Assembly: GCA_020137815.1 (NCBI GenBank)
Contig: CM035350.1
Location: 4,898,001 to 4,962,000 of the forward strand
Reading direction: 5' to 3'
Source: Hormiphora californensis
Taxonomy: Eukaryota > Animalia > Ctenophora
Length of the DNA: 64,000 bases
Shown here: piece after piece, positions 23,819 through 52,572 of the stretch
Position numbering within the stretch: position 1 is the first letter of the stretch
Layout of the letters: each line of letters begins with the position of its first letter
Position numbers and translations under genes: made by a program
The notes under the pieces: model-generated
The model's database searches: none
Seen by the model: the letters and a program-made list of their open reading frames with translations, nothing else
Told to the model about the DNA's origin: nothing

Positions 23819-26206
23819 AAAATGAGGAATAGGATATCAAGGTTCACCAACAATCTATCACTGTTGTGCAGCAATATTCAATAATAACAACTCAACAACT
23901 TGTTACATAAAAACATCGACACAAAAAGAGGATCGAAGCTCAAGAGGAGTTGAAGAGAAGGAGGAAAAGGCGAAATATATGAAAATAACGAATTGGAATG
24001 CCCAAAAAGAGAGAAATAAAGAGAGGGATAGAATGTAGAAGACAATGGAACGCCGAGTTTGTCTGATTGGAGAGGAAAATAGATCACTCTACTTCTCGCA
24101 GTATCCCTCTCTGGCAGCTGAGCTTCTCTCCCTTCCTTTATCTATCTCACTTCCTCGCTTCTCTCTATCCCGATTGACACACCTTGTCGTTCTTACTAAT
24201 TTCAAGCTTAGCCGAACAACGACGCGATTGAAGAATCAAACTTGGAACAGAGATCGTAGAATTAGTAGATGGGCAGACACAGGCCCGACACAGGTCGTGA
24301 AACGTAAATGGAAAAGAGGGTACCGTCCTAGACGAGTTCAACTGGGGGTGGGGGGGGGCTAGTCTGGGAGAGAAAAACAAAGATGATTCGCGTCCCTTCG
24401 AATCAAGAAAAGTCCCAAGGGGCAGTGTGAAGTGTGAAGAATCAGATAATTAAAGGACAATGGGACCCCTTACTTGAGAGTTACATTAGTATCTCACGCT
24501 CTCACTCATTATCTTACACTCATCGAATCCACCTCAAATTCAAATATCCCTCTCTTCCCCCATCACAGCTCCCCAAAAGTTGCTGCACGGGTTCGATTAA
24601 CGTGGTGGGGTTCCATCCTACAGCTCATTACATGTATCTCTCTCTCATCATCATACTTCTAATCTTCCTATCTCCCTCCAGACAATCGGAGTGACAAGAT
24701 CAGGTTGCAGATCATCATTGCATAGCCGGGATAAATCACCGCGGGCACCCCTACTAAATAGGTATACCAAATATAATACCACCCCTACTAAATATAACAT
24801 GTGACGGGGGAAATTATGAGCTAGAGATACTGCACCGTCCAGTTCAGCTGTATTGAAACGTTTTAGAAGGACTGTGTAAAAGCTGTTTTTCGTGGATGAA
24901 CATGACAAGATTGGCAATATTTTTTTTAAACACCAAAAGACACAGTTTGATGCGGGTGATGGAGGGAGACAGTCCTACCGAGTTTTAACAATTCGTGCAA
25001 CGTCATGACAGGACGTGTAATTTTATAGTATGTCGTACGACGTCAGAAAATCAGAACATGTATAATTGAAAGACTAGACTATAACAGTCAATAAAGCAGC
25101 TACTGTATTCTCTCAGTACTCTCTCTCTCACACAAACACTCAACTGATTTTCACGGTCCAGTGAACAATAGAGACGAGGAGATGAAACTTCCGGAACAAG
25201 CTGGAAAAGAAGGGAGAGGATAACTAATCGAGCACACTGCTGCAGTGTGTAATAGCCCTAGCCCCGGGCTGAGGAATGGACAACATGGTCACGGAGTCAA
25301 CCAGTCATAGAGCGGGATTTAGGTCACGTGATCCTGATTGACCAATGAGACGCCTCCTGTATGACAGAATGGGGGACCCAGGTGGTACACCCATTAGACG
25401 ACCTCCCTGTTGTCATAACGCTGCATACACCCCCATCTGAGCAGTACCCCCTACACAAAGGAAACTGCAGGGCACACAGAAACAATCCAGTATAATAGTA
25501 GGTACCAACACTTGATCTCCACGAAATGTGGACTCAGATAACAAAGTATCATAGGGTATCAAAATTTGTAGCTTTAAATTCTATCCCACAACACAACTAA
25601 CAAGTAGACTCTGAAATACATTCAATAAAAACGTGAACTTTCCAACTGCAATGTGTACAGCTAAAAACTAAACTTTAGAGATTAGACAGTTTTTTAGATC
25701 GGAGCTGCAACAAACTAACCAGCTAGTACAAGCTCACTATACCCACTAGCTAGTATTAGAAACAGGCAGTCTTGACTCGCCCCACTTTTCTCGACTGTGT
25801 AGTACAAAAAAGCAAAGGTACTACACAACAACTACAATAATAAAGTGAGATTCTCATGCCTTCTTTTACTTATATATATATATTCTCTCATCATTATCTC
25901 TCTCTCTCTCTCTCTCTCCCTCTCCCGTTTTCTCTCTTTTATCTCAATTTTCATTCTCGTCCAGGAAATGATTATATCCTAAAGGAGGGTGCACAGCTTA
26001 CTTTATAACAACAACAACAGCTTGAACAAGTATAATTGTCAAGTCGTAATACCAAATGGAAACATTCTTATTTTATTATTATACTTATTTAATAATTACA
26101 TACTTGTTGCATACAACTCGGATCAGGTGCTAGGTATTGTAAGGGTAAGAAACCGCTATTTGTTGTTGAGTAATGTGTGCTTCTGCAGACCTCAATAGTC
26201 GGTTAA

Positions 26207-26297
26207 TGTCTGATCTTTCTTATAGTCATGGTTGTACGGGGTACTAAGTATACGGTATAGTACCCCGTACAACCATGAATATAAGAAAGATCAGACA
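26207..26297. repeat. Short fold-back palindrome
   Basis: tgtctgatctttcttata.tcatggttgtacggggtacta pairs with tagtaccccgtacaaccatga.tataagaaagatcagaca. Confidence 0.8.
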
Positions 26298-26863
26298 GTA
26301 CCTGGCTAGAGAAGAAGGAAGATGGGGGGGGGCTTACCGCAAAACCGTTTGGGTGTGTCATTCAGGTGTCATTTTTATCAGGTTGGATAGATCCCCCTCA
26401 TGCATTAGTAGAGGAAGATAATTTGATGGATGGGTTGACAGGTTGCAACAAATGCTGCAGTATTGAACCGCAGAACGGGGTGTGGGGTATTACTTGTTCC
26501 ACCACTAAACAGGGGGGGGGGTGGCACTCAGCAATATATTAGGCATTGAGCCATAAAACTTAAAACTCCATTCATGTCTCTTTGCACCAAGTAAAGTGAT
26601 GGGGAAGTTGATACTTGATCAACTTCCCCGACAGGCAATGGTGCAAAGTTCAGGAGAAGAATTCAGCCGAATATTATCTGGTTACATCGCCACTGCAAAC
26701 CTAACCAAAACTTGTAATAAACAGTGTAACAAACCAACAACGAATACCATAGCGAGGTAAAAATCTTGAAGTGGTCAGGAAAAAGACAAGGGTATACACA
26801 TGGAAAAGATGGTGTGAGAGAGGGGTGTGAGATTAATCGGTGGCGGTTTAACATATTTCAATA

Positions 26864-27004
26864 CAGTGAGGAAGTTTTGTTTTCTCCTTCCGGCTGGACA
26901 AATGAGTAGACGTAGATTTTATTGTAGAATAACGCAGCCGGAAGGAGAAAACAAAACTTCCTCACTGATATGCGGCTAATAAACAATCAACCGATCCTTA
27001 TTCT
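26864..27004. mobile_element. Dispersed hairpin repeat (second copy at 44981-45165)
   Basis: cagtgaggaagttttgttttctccttccggctg...cagccggaaggagaaaacaaaacttcctcactg followed by atatgcggctaataaacaatcaaccgatccttattct. The same sequence occurs inverted at 44981-45165. Confidence 0.8.
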
Positions 27005-27276
27005 CTATTTCAATACACATGTGAAATTACACACTGTGCTGTGGTTTTCATTCACTTTCCAAAAAACAGGCATTTAAGAAACACATGATATGTAGCTACC
27101 TGCAGCAGCAGCCAGCAAGTACAAGGGGAAATCATGAACTGAACAAGGGTTCATTAAGATTTGTTGAACAAGTGCCAATTGCTAGCTCTCTGTCTATCCG
27201 CGCTGCACAGTGCACAAAGATGACCTTTTTTTCTCTCTCTCTCTCCTTTCTCTCACTCTCTCTCTCTCACTCTTTC

Positions 27277-27318
<42 letters not shown>

Positions 27319-30300
27319 TCTCTCTCACTCTCTCTCCCTCACTCACTCTCTCTTTCCTCTCTCTCACTCTCTTGTCCGCGGATCTATGTGTGTGTAGCGG
27401 TGTATTAATTATGACCTATGAGCAGCGGGGGCCCTTTCTGCCCTTGGGGGATGACACAATTTCATCAAATACCGTGTGTGTCACATGGGGGTAGTGGTAC
27501 CCTCAAACATCACCTGATCTCACTCTCTCTCTCTCTCAGCCTCTCCATCTCAGAGCTCTCTCCCTAAACACAGAGGAGGTCTATCACCGATAATAAAGCC
27601 ATCAAATTCAAGAGGTGATAGGGATTAAACATCACTTCCAATCAATCAAATCATACAACACGCAAGGGCCCCCATTATTTGGAAATGACCACTCAATAGC
27701 ACACGACACATAATAAACAGGGAGGTATTTATAGAGATAAGTGAGATCACCACTTAGGGAAACTTGTAAACTTGCAGCGGCCGCTAAATAGAGCTGTGTG
27801 TGTCAGAACTCTATTGACACACACACAAGTAGAACTCTTCGCGGTAAAGATCTGAAAAGAAAGGCATCACACAATGATACATGCAGGGTGGTCAAAGAGC
27901 GGCAACAATGCAAATCAGCGTGTGTGGCAACTCTCTCTCTCTCTCTCGTTCAGTCTATCTCTCTATCGCTCTCTCTCAAAATGGTGCCCGCCCTATGAAT
28001 GTATAACACGGTACAGAGTAGCAAAAAAGGAGAGGAATACGAGGGGCCACGGAATAGAAGGGGATGGAGGGTTGAATAGGTTTGAATTGTTCATACACGA
28101 ACACAGTGTCAGGCGACTCAAGAACAGGTGGGGTGAACAGCTACAAAAATGAGACAAGTGAAGAGAAGCTAGGTGAAGAAGACAAAATATAAGATTGGCA
28201 CCATGCGGTCTCGTGTTGCCATGCAGTTCACCCACTCTCGGAGCGTGGTGTTTGTAGCTTTCAGGGGCAGTTAAAAACAAGTAATGAAGGAGCCCCTAAT
28301 TGTACCACGTGGTCGACCAGCCCGTCTTGGTATAATGAGACATCATTCTCTCACTCCGTTTTAGTTTCTCTCTTCATCTCCCTATCCCCCTCTCTATCTA
28401 AGTATCTCTCTGCCCCTCTCTATCTTTTTCTCACGGACACCAAGATACTAATGGAAGGTACGTGTCTAGGATACAGGCATTGCACACACTTGTAACAAAA
28501 CTATAAGTGAGAGTGTATCCGCTAGGCAGTCTCTTGGGCTCCATTGGACACCCTTACAGGTCGCCCACACGTTTCAGTGTGACAAATTATGGGCAATGAT
28601 GATCACCCGTCTCACACAAGGAAACGCGTGCCGGGGACAGTTGTGCTACTATGTCGTGTGTGTGATAGTGAAAGAGGGAGAGAGAGAAAGAGAGAGAGAA
28701 AGAGAGAAATAGAGAGAGAGGGGGAGAGACAGTGACAGAAGTATTGTGCCATTTATATGCCCCCACACAGCCCGGCAACCTAGTCCAATCCCAGTCCGAT
28801 TGGACAAAGTGCTATGTGAGCAATATGAGAATGATTGTGAGTCTCCCAGTCATGTAATGACAAAAGCAATCCGGTAACAAAGACATATGCTGGGGGATTT
28901 CCCCGAAAAAAGTGCACATCCGGGGACAGACATTGTTAGAAATGAGCACTCTCGATCAATCTCCCGACACGATCTCCCTATTGTGTAGAGGGTTCATCAA
29001 TGAGTTATATTGAATGGGGGAAGAAGGCACCAAAAGAGTATCAATTGTTGGTAACAATGGTCGCTACAAATGTGAAGAAGGGTGGAGGTCCGGAAATCAA
29101 GAGAGAGAGAGAGAGAGAGTCGACTCGAGTCTTTGTCAAAGCTTTGTCCAATGACACGAGAAAGAAGGTGGCAATCACATGACGGGGATTTATATAATGA
29201 GTCATCAATGCAAAACTATTTGTCAAGGACGGTCGAACCGCGAACGAGAATGACCCCAAATGAGTTGGGCCGCTTCACAAATGCACGAGGAAGCCACGCG
29301 TGATGGACAGTCACGCGCGCATGGAAAGAGTAAAGTGTACATTGCTGACAATATACACGCGCGCGGTTCAGTGTGTACATTGTACATTCGGTGTATTTCT
29401 GCTAACTCAACCGATACCTGACAGCAGAATTTACAGTGATCCATGATCAATACAGACTGTCCACACGTTTTCATTGCCTCCATCACCATGGAATACCGGC
29501 CTTTACTTCCATGTGATACCTACACATCGCAACTAGCTCTACCCTCTCTTACCCCTTACCTACTCAACAACTCTCGCCGGGAACGTATTACGTAACAACT
29601 AAATATTCATCCACTAAGATTCAGTACCGGTTTCAGTACCGGTTCCTAAAAGCTTTTCCTGCATAAGTATTCCATACCAACATGTCATGGTCAGCCAACC
29701 AGGCAACCTACATCGGTTGTACCTTTTTCCAACTCCAACAAAATCAAACGATTCGGTTTTTACATAAATTAAAACATTGATTCATATCATATCAACCGAA
29801 TGAAAGAAAAAAAGTGGAGTGATATTAAGAAGATGCAAGGAAAGAAATTGATTACGGTACAGTTACAAATTGGAAACGGACGCCAGGTTCAAGATGGGAG
29901 ATTCCCAAGGGACCCTGTCAGAGGATTGGCCTGATAGAATGAACCACGTTTATCGTCATCTGCGATCACATGACACAAATCTCCATGTGAAATGCATAGA
30001 GTAGCGCTGCGTGTAATTGTCAAAATTCCGATTGGATTTTGGGAGCTGGAAACTGACCCCAGGATCCAAACTGTAACTGTGCCCTTGGGTCTGAGAAGAA
30101 AGGAGGAGGAAGATTAGATCGGAGTTAAAACCATTTAGTATTTACCATCTGTCGCAATTTTCAGTATTTTTCCCACAAGATATAGTTCAGCTCTAATACA
30201 CGTTTGACGTTAACCGCAATGATACAACTCTTCGCAGCACATACACACAGAAATCAGATCAAATAATTCTTACTACAACTTTTTCCCACGGAAGATACTG

Positions 30301-30406
30301 CCGCATCTCACAATTATATCAATCTCTCGCCAGGAATAATACGTACAGACAAAAAAAATAAAAGAATGGATTAAAACGGAGAAAGATTTCTGAAAAAATA
30401 AAGAAT

Positions 30407-46759
<16,353 letters not shown>

Positions 46760-48666
46760 GGCTCAAACACCGCGGATACACATAGTGGTTGCAACTAAAA
46801 TGGATTAAATAAAGCAAAAAGCTTGAGAGTGGATTCAAGTTGCCTTTTAAGCTTGATTCATGGGGATCGTCATGAAGTTTTGTGCTTTGTTTTGACTTTT
46901 GAAAGCTGAAACGAGAAGTTTCGAGATTTTGGCCTATGCTACAGGCCCTAGAAGCCGTGGAAAACGCGCGCACTTGGGGTCTGCAGCGCATGCCAATTCG
47001 AGATTTTGAAACTTTTTTCCTCCCTGAAATCATGACTTTTTAAAACATGCGCTCGTCTCAAAAGCACCAAAACGCGCGCCACATTTATTGCGCGGTTGAT
47101 ATTACTGACTGCTGACACCAACAACTTTCGTCACTTGAATGTTGCATGTTCGTCGCGCCATCGCATTCACCCCATAATTGCATATTGGAAGAGCAGGTGG
47201 CAAATGTGTTACCATGGTAACTCGCATAGTGATACAGACACAGCTTAATAGACAACCTCTAGCAAGTGGAAAATAAAATCGAATGCAAAAGAGAGATACA
47301 TACAAATTTATACAAATTTGAAATGTTCGTTCCACTTCAGTATTCATTATTTTCATGTCATATTCTGTTGTCAATCATTGCATGTTATTGTCGCTCATAG
47401 TATGGGGCCAGACCTTTTGCTTCCATCTCCTCCTTATAGAGTCTTTTCTCTTCGATTAGTAGGTTTTCCAACATCTAGAGAACAGGAATACGTTATTATT
47501 GTATAGTTCTGAGTTCTAAGAATTTTTAAGATAAACAAGCAACTACTGCCAAACTGGTCTGCATATCTGATATCGAAAGTTCAAACCTGTCTTCGAAAAG
47601 CGAGGAGTTCTCGTTTGTCTGCCCATTTCTCTCGTTCCAATACCATCTTATCATCTGTCTCGCACAACTCTTTTGCACTCTAAGGGATGAAATCGTTTAT
47701 TATGGGGCTGAAATCGTTTATTATTGGGCTTTGGGTAATACTAAATATGATATTCTATAATCTGTTCTTCTGGATATGGAAACAAAATTACGAGCATTCT
47801 CCTCCTCCCACTCTCGTAACAAACTCACGCTTCCAACAATTATAATTAGAGATGCTGTATGCCAGACTATAAATGACTGGCTAATGCTTGTTATATTGGA
47901 TATATTGGGGCAGCGAGAGAGGGGTCGAACAGGGCAAATTAATGCTATTCATTCAGAATAATACCCGGGCGATTAGCGAGCTATTCCTATAATACTTCTA
48001 GGCATACAAGACACGTACAATTATGCCACCGAACCCTAACTTGCCTCTTTCCAGTTTGCTCTTTGACTCGTCTTCTCGCACTCCAAGTTATCTCCAACCA
48101 TTGATGCGTTTCTCTGATCATCGTTTATCCGCCAGTGTTGCCTCCGTTTTGCAGGTAGTGACCGCTGGACCCAGGGTATAGTTTGTTCGTAACGTTTTGA
48201 AGTGGTGCTGTCCATGTTCATGTGTGAGACTGTGAGGTGTGAGCTGTGACTTGAGGGCTAGAGTAGAAATCAAGTGAATGAGTGGTAATGGAGATAATTT
48301 GTGAAATAGTGACGTCTTGTCATAATGAACAATGGTTCGACGGAGGCCAGAGGGTTGAAAGAAATGAGAATGCAAAAACTCACAAATTTATAACATATAA
48401 TGCAAACAATCATAAACATAATAAAACACATGATAATATTGCTAACGCTGTCAGGAATTTGTTAGATTTTTCGTTATCATAAATCATAATAATGTAAAAT
48501 AAAAACGGTTCTACACAACTACATATGTCAAAATTTTCGTTTTTATGATTCATCCCAACTATTTACAATCAACCCCCCTTCACGGCTCAGTCTCTGCCAC
48601 TAAACCAACTACTCAGAATCTTCATAATAAATAATTTACTTGCACTCAAGCCCTCTAGTAGTCCTC

Positions 48667-49969
48667 CTATACCAGTTTGTCCCCTCCTACTGCACTCTCC
48701 GAATCTGGACTCCCTGCAGCAGCAAACTCATTCGTTATCACCTCCACGTCCATACTCGCCTTAGTAACCAGCCTAAAGGTGAGCTCATCAAAAATCCGTG
48801 TAAAAATAACCGGATGAGTGTTGCCCATTAGTACTTGAATCAGCTCCCGTCCACCGGCTCCAATACTCTTGAAAACATACTGATACCGGGGACGATTGGG
48901 CATCATGCAATCATCCAGCATCCTCTCGTAGGTGCCTCGCCAGAAGAACATCTCGCTGAGATGTAGGAAGCAGCTGCAGAGATTGGAGAAGAACGCTACA
49001 ATCAGCACAAACCACGTGATGAGGAAGAAGTACTGATAGAGGACATTGGGAGCGAGGACACACTGGGCAGTCTCCATCTCCAGACCACTGAGACCATACC
49101 GCTGGATTTGACAGGATACCATCTTGGGGAAGAGCTTGTCCTTGTTGAGAGTGGTGTCGATTCACCCTACCACGTTCGTACAGGGTAAACCGAGTCCCAA
49201 ACCAGTTAGCGCCAGTACGTGTGCCATGTCCCACTTCCATATTCAAACATCTCGCCTGTTGAATAGAACACCTGCCACGGTAATTCCCAGATAGAGCAAC
49301 TTGGTTATACCGATTGCAAAACTGAAACTATTTCGTTTAAACCAGTACTTTAGTCCCTTGCCAAATATGGTGTTCTTGAACCGGTAGTACAAGCCAGCAG
49401 ACCACCCTCTCCTGGGTTTTCTCCGCAGCGTTACCGTCGGATAGGGTCGCAGAGGATAGCTGCCGGATGAGAGGTTTGTACTCTCCCGCTGCAAAGTGCT
49501 TGAAGAGGAGATAGGGCGTGTAATAAGCCGCGGCCACAATGGCAAAATAAAACTGGACCCATTGGTACCAAAGATGGAATATCTTCTCCCCAGGGAGGAC
49601 GTCCTTCTCACTTGGACACCTCAGTATGGTACCATTGTTGAGCAGCCTGGGAACACAAGCTGGCAGTTGGTCAGGTATTACACCCGGATATGGCACCATG
49701 GTAGATGGCAGATCATACGCTTCTCGAACTGTGTACATCCCTATTGCCCAGCAGTAATCTTCCACGAAATCCTTACTAAACTTGGTGAAGCCATCACACG
49801 AGATGGTCTCACCTCCGTACTGCTTTATAGATACACAGATACACATGGTGAGGATGATGATAAACACGTAGCATCTGTTAACTTGATCCCACCAGTCATC
49901 TACTGTGACGTCTTTAAAGGGCGAGTAGTGTTTGAGGGAGTGAACCACCCAAAACGGATGGAAATTCAT
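48667..49969 (-). CDS. Innexin (gap-junction protein), ctenophore-type, intronless CDS
   Basis: DDWWDQVNR, TM1, ISCDGF...DYCW, PYPGVIP..C...CP, HLWYQWVQFYF, YYTPYLLFK, LFPKMVSC, AQCVLAPNVLYQYFFLITWF. About 3 frame switches (~49385, ~49250, ~49150) join ORFs 49337-50011, 49243-49611, 48911-49246 and 48667-49122. Confidence 0.93.
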
Positions 49970-50105
49970 TGAGAAAACAGGAGCTGCTGTAGTAAACACT
50001 GAGTTAAACAAACAAAAGTCTCTCTCGTGATTGAGAGCTCAGTGAGTCTGGAGCAGTAGATAGAGCGAGGGGGGAGGAGGGATGTGTGCAAGCTGAGCAG
50101 ACAAC

Positions 50106-50801
50106 TCAAATCCGGCATTCAAAGTAAGTCAATCCCTTAGCTTCTAACTCAACTTTGTACCGATCCCGTTCTTCGCCAAGCAGCTGCCGGAGATTTTCCC
50201 GTCGTGATCGTATTAGTTGTGATTTGGCTGCCCTCAACTGAAGGAATGGGAAGTGCGTTAGATGAAGGGGGTATTGTTAAATAATGAGTGATTTTAATTT
50301 ATTGAGACTGATATATTATACACCTCAAATAAAATCACACAGTTATAAACATAAATGAGTTTGCCTTTTACCGACAGTAACTGGCGTTTTTTTAATAACT
50401 TACCTCCTCTGATATCGTTTCGCTATTTCGCTTGTAGATTCTGCTTTCTATTGAACCTTGTGTTGATTCGTTCCACTCTGCTATCTGTCAAGACACGAGT
50501 TTACAATTTACACACATTATGCTATGTATATATTATATTGATCGTTGAAGATCTAATCCTTAAACTTCACTATTTTCTGTCTTGGCACTAGGTATACTGG
50601 ATACTGGATAGGGTGGCCCATTACAGTATCAAGTATTATATTCTTTACCTGTGACTTATTGAAAGTTTCCCTTATTGCAGCTAAATCGGCAGCAAGTTTT
50701 TCATTTTCACGGATTTTAGAGGTTTGTCTGGCTAGCGCTTTCTGTAAGGCAGCCGCCCGTGGAACTGTCTTTTCGTAGCGGTAGCTTGTTGTCATTTCCA
50801 T
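50106..50801 (-). CDS. CFAP141: Cilia- and flagella-associated protein 141 (C1orf189 family), 121 aa, 3 exons
   Basis: Phase-0 exons 50801-50649, 50484-50404 (IAEWNESTQGSIESRIYKRNSETISEE) and 50237-50106 (LRAAKSQLIRSRRENLRQLLGEERDRYKVELEAKGLTYFECRI*). The C-terminus matches the family pattern EL..A...L...R...L..L...E...Y..EL...G..F...R. Confidence 0.8.
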
Positions 50802-51293
50802 GCTGCTGAATGCTACAACGGTAATTTAAAATCCAACTAACATTACCGATATTATCACTTATCAGTAAGTTCTTAAAAAACGGGCACTGTTAGGAATGGG
50901 ACGGGCTTGAGACGGAATTTCTATTGGTGACGTTCAGACATGCTTGAAACGGGTTTCCGTCTGATTTCTGAGGTTCCGTCTGATTTCAGACGTTCCGGTT
51001 AACAGTCACTTTAAAAAGATACGAAAGAAGCCACATGCATCTGGCCTAACAATGTCAATAATAGTATAGATAAATTGGTTTTGCCTGACCGGCTACACGA
51101 AGAAAATCACATAAAATGCATGCAACAGTCAAAGACTAGTATGTATGGTACAGATCTGATGAAGAGCCAGCATTCTTGTTCCTTCCTCTGTAACCCCGGA
51201 TAGAACAAGTTATGACTTATGGAGCGGTCAGCGGACCATTGAAAATGATAGGCGAACACGGAGGTATCGGCATTTACGCGGGGCGCCGTTACG

Positions 51294-51510
51294 ATCTGGG
51301 TGTTTGGAGGCCTGTTTACAGGTGCGTGCTGCCGAAAAAAGTTGATTCACTAAAATAAAATGGTTCTAACTGCCAAACCACTCAACCGTTTTTGCTAATT
51401 CAAAGTGTATCTGGTAGGAAATGTCAAGACTCAACCTGCAATCCAAACCTAACCCTACTTTAGCCCTAACCCTAAAAAACCGTTTGTCAGCACTCCCAAA
51501 ACACCCAGAT
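51294..51510. mobile_element. Small TIR element carrying telomere-like CCCTAA units
   Basis: Ends atctgggtgttt-ggag and ctcccaaaacacccagat; internal cctaaccctactttagccctaaccctaa (~51448-51475). Confidence 0.5.
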
Positions 51511-52572
51511 TTTAACGCTGGCCGTCTCAGGCAGCGCTTTTTGGCATACGTTGCAGGCCCCTTATAATATAATAGTGCGGGGGTGCGCGCATGAGGGGGC
51601 TGCAGCGCATTCCAACAGCGCTTTTCAAGAAAAAAAATCCGACTTTAAAAAGCCGAAATCGGATTCTGCAGAATCCGATTTCGGCTTTTTAAAGTCGGAT
51701 TCTGAGAAATAAAATAAAAGTGCAAGTGTGTGCGCGCCGCTCCAATGCAAAGTAAATTCACAAATTCGGCGCCATCCATGGTACACCACGGTTATAGACC
51801 GCTTTTCAGACGGCCGTCTGAACGGCACGTCTGACGGCAACCTAGACGATTTATCCAAACATCGGTTGACCTGCCAAAGATTCTTCAGATTTAGAAGCAT
51901 TCCACAGTGCTGGCAGTGTTTGTTAATTTGTCTAATCTGTCTTAATTGTGGTGGTAATCTGTCCAAACGGGTCCAAATTCATCTAGTTAGAAGTTTGGTG
52001 TCCGAACCTTAGCGTCCCCCCAGGATGTAACACCCGCAAGGATAGAAAGGTCGAGTTTTATTCTCGGCAACGGGTACGCTGAGTGCACCATGTGGTAATG
52101 CAACAGAGCTGAGTTGCTCTCGGTATTGTTCAAAGATTGGGTGACACAGCCATGGGTTGAATATTCGGAATAGAAACAAACCTTATGTTATACAAACATA
52201 ACATCCCACATGACCCACTTCCCTACTGATCAGCTAGTGACATGACCCTCTTCCTGCAAGAACTTTAGTACTCAACGGGATGCTGTCTGGCGCCGCCGAC
52301 CCGATCTGAGCGCACTGTCGTTGAGAATCAAATTGGGGTATGGGCGCCGCCATACAGACGGAATGAGCAGGGGCCAATTACAAGGGAGATTTCGGCCATT
52401 AAGATTTGGTACTCCGTACCATTGCCACCTATAATTCTCGCTTCGTGTGTCTATGTCACCAGAGAGCGAGAGAGACAGAAAGAAGCTTGGTTCAGGGGTG
52501 TAAAATTTTCAAATTGCACAACTACAAAACTTCAATTTCACATCTCTCATGCTCTGAATCTGAAAGTCCAAC

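Noticed and set aside
51448-51475. CCCTAA repeats as a telomere or fusion site
   Set aside because: Only about four imperfect units, inside a small TIR element.
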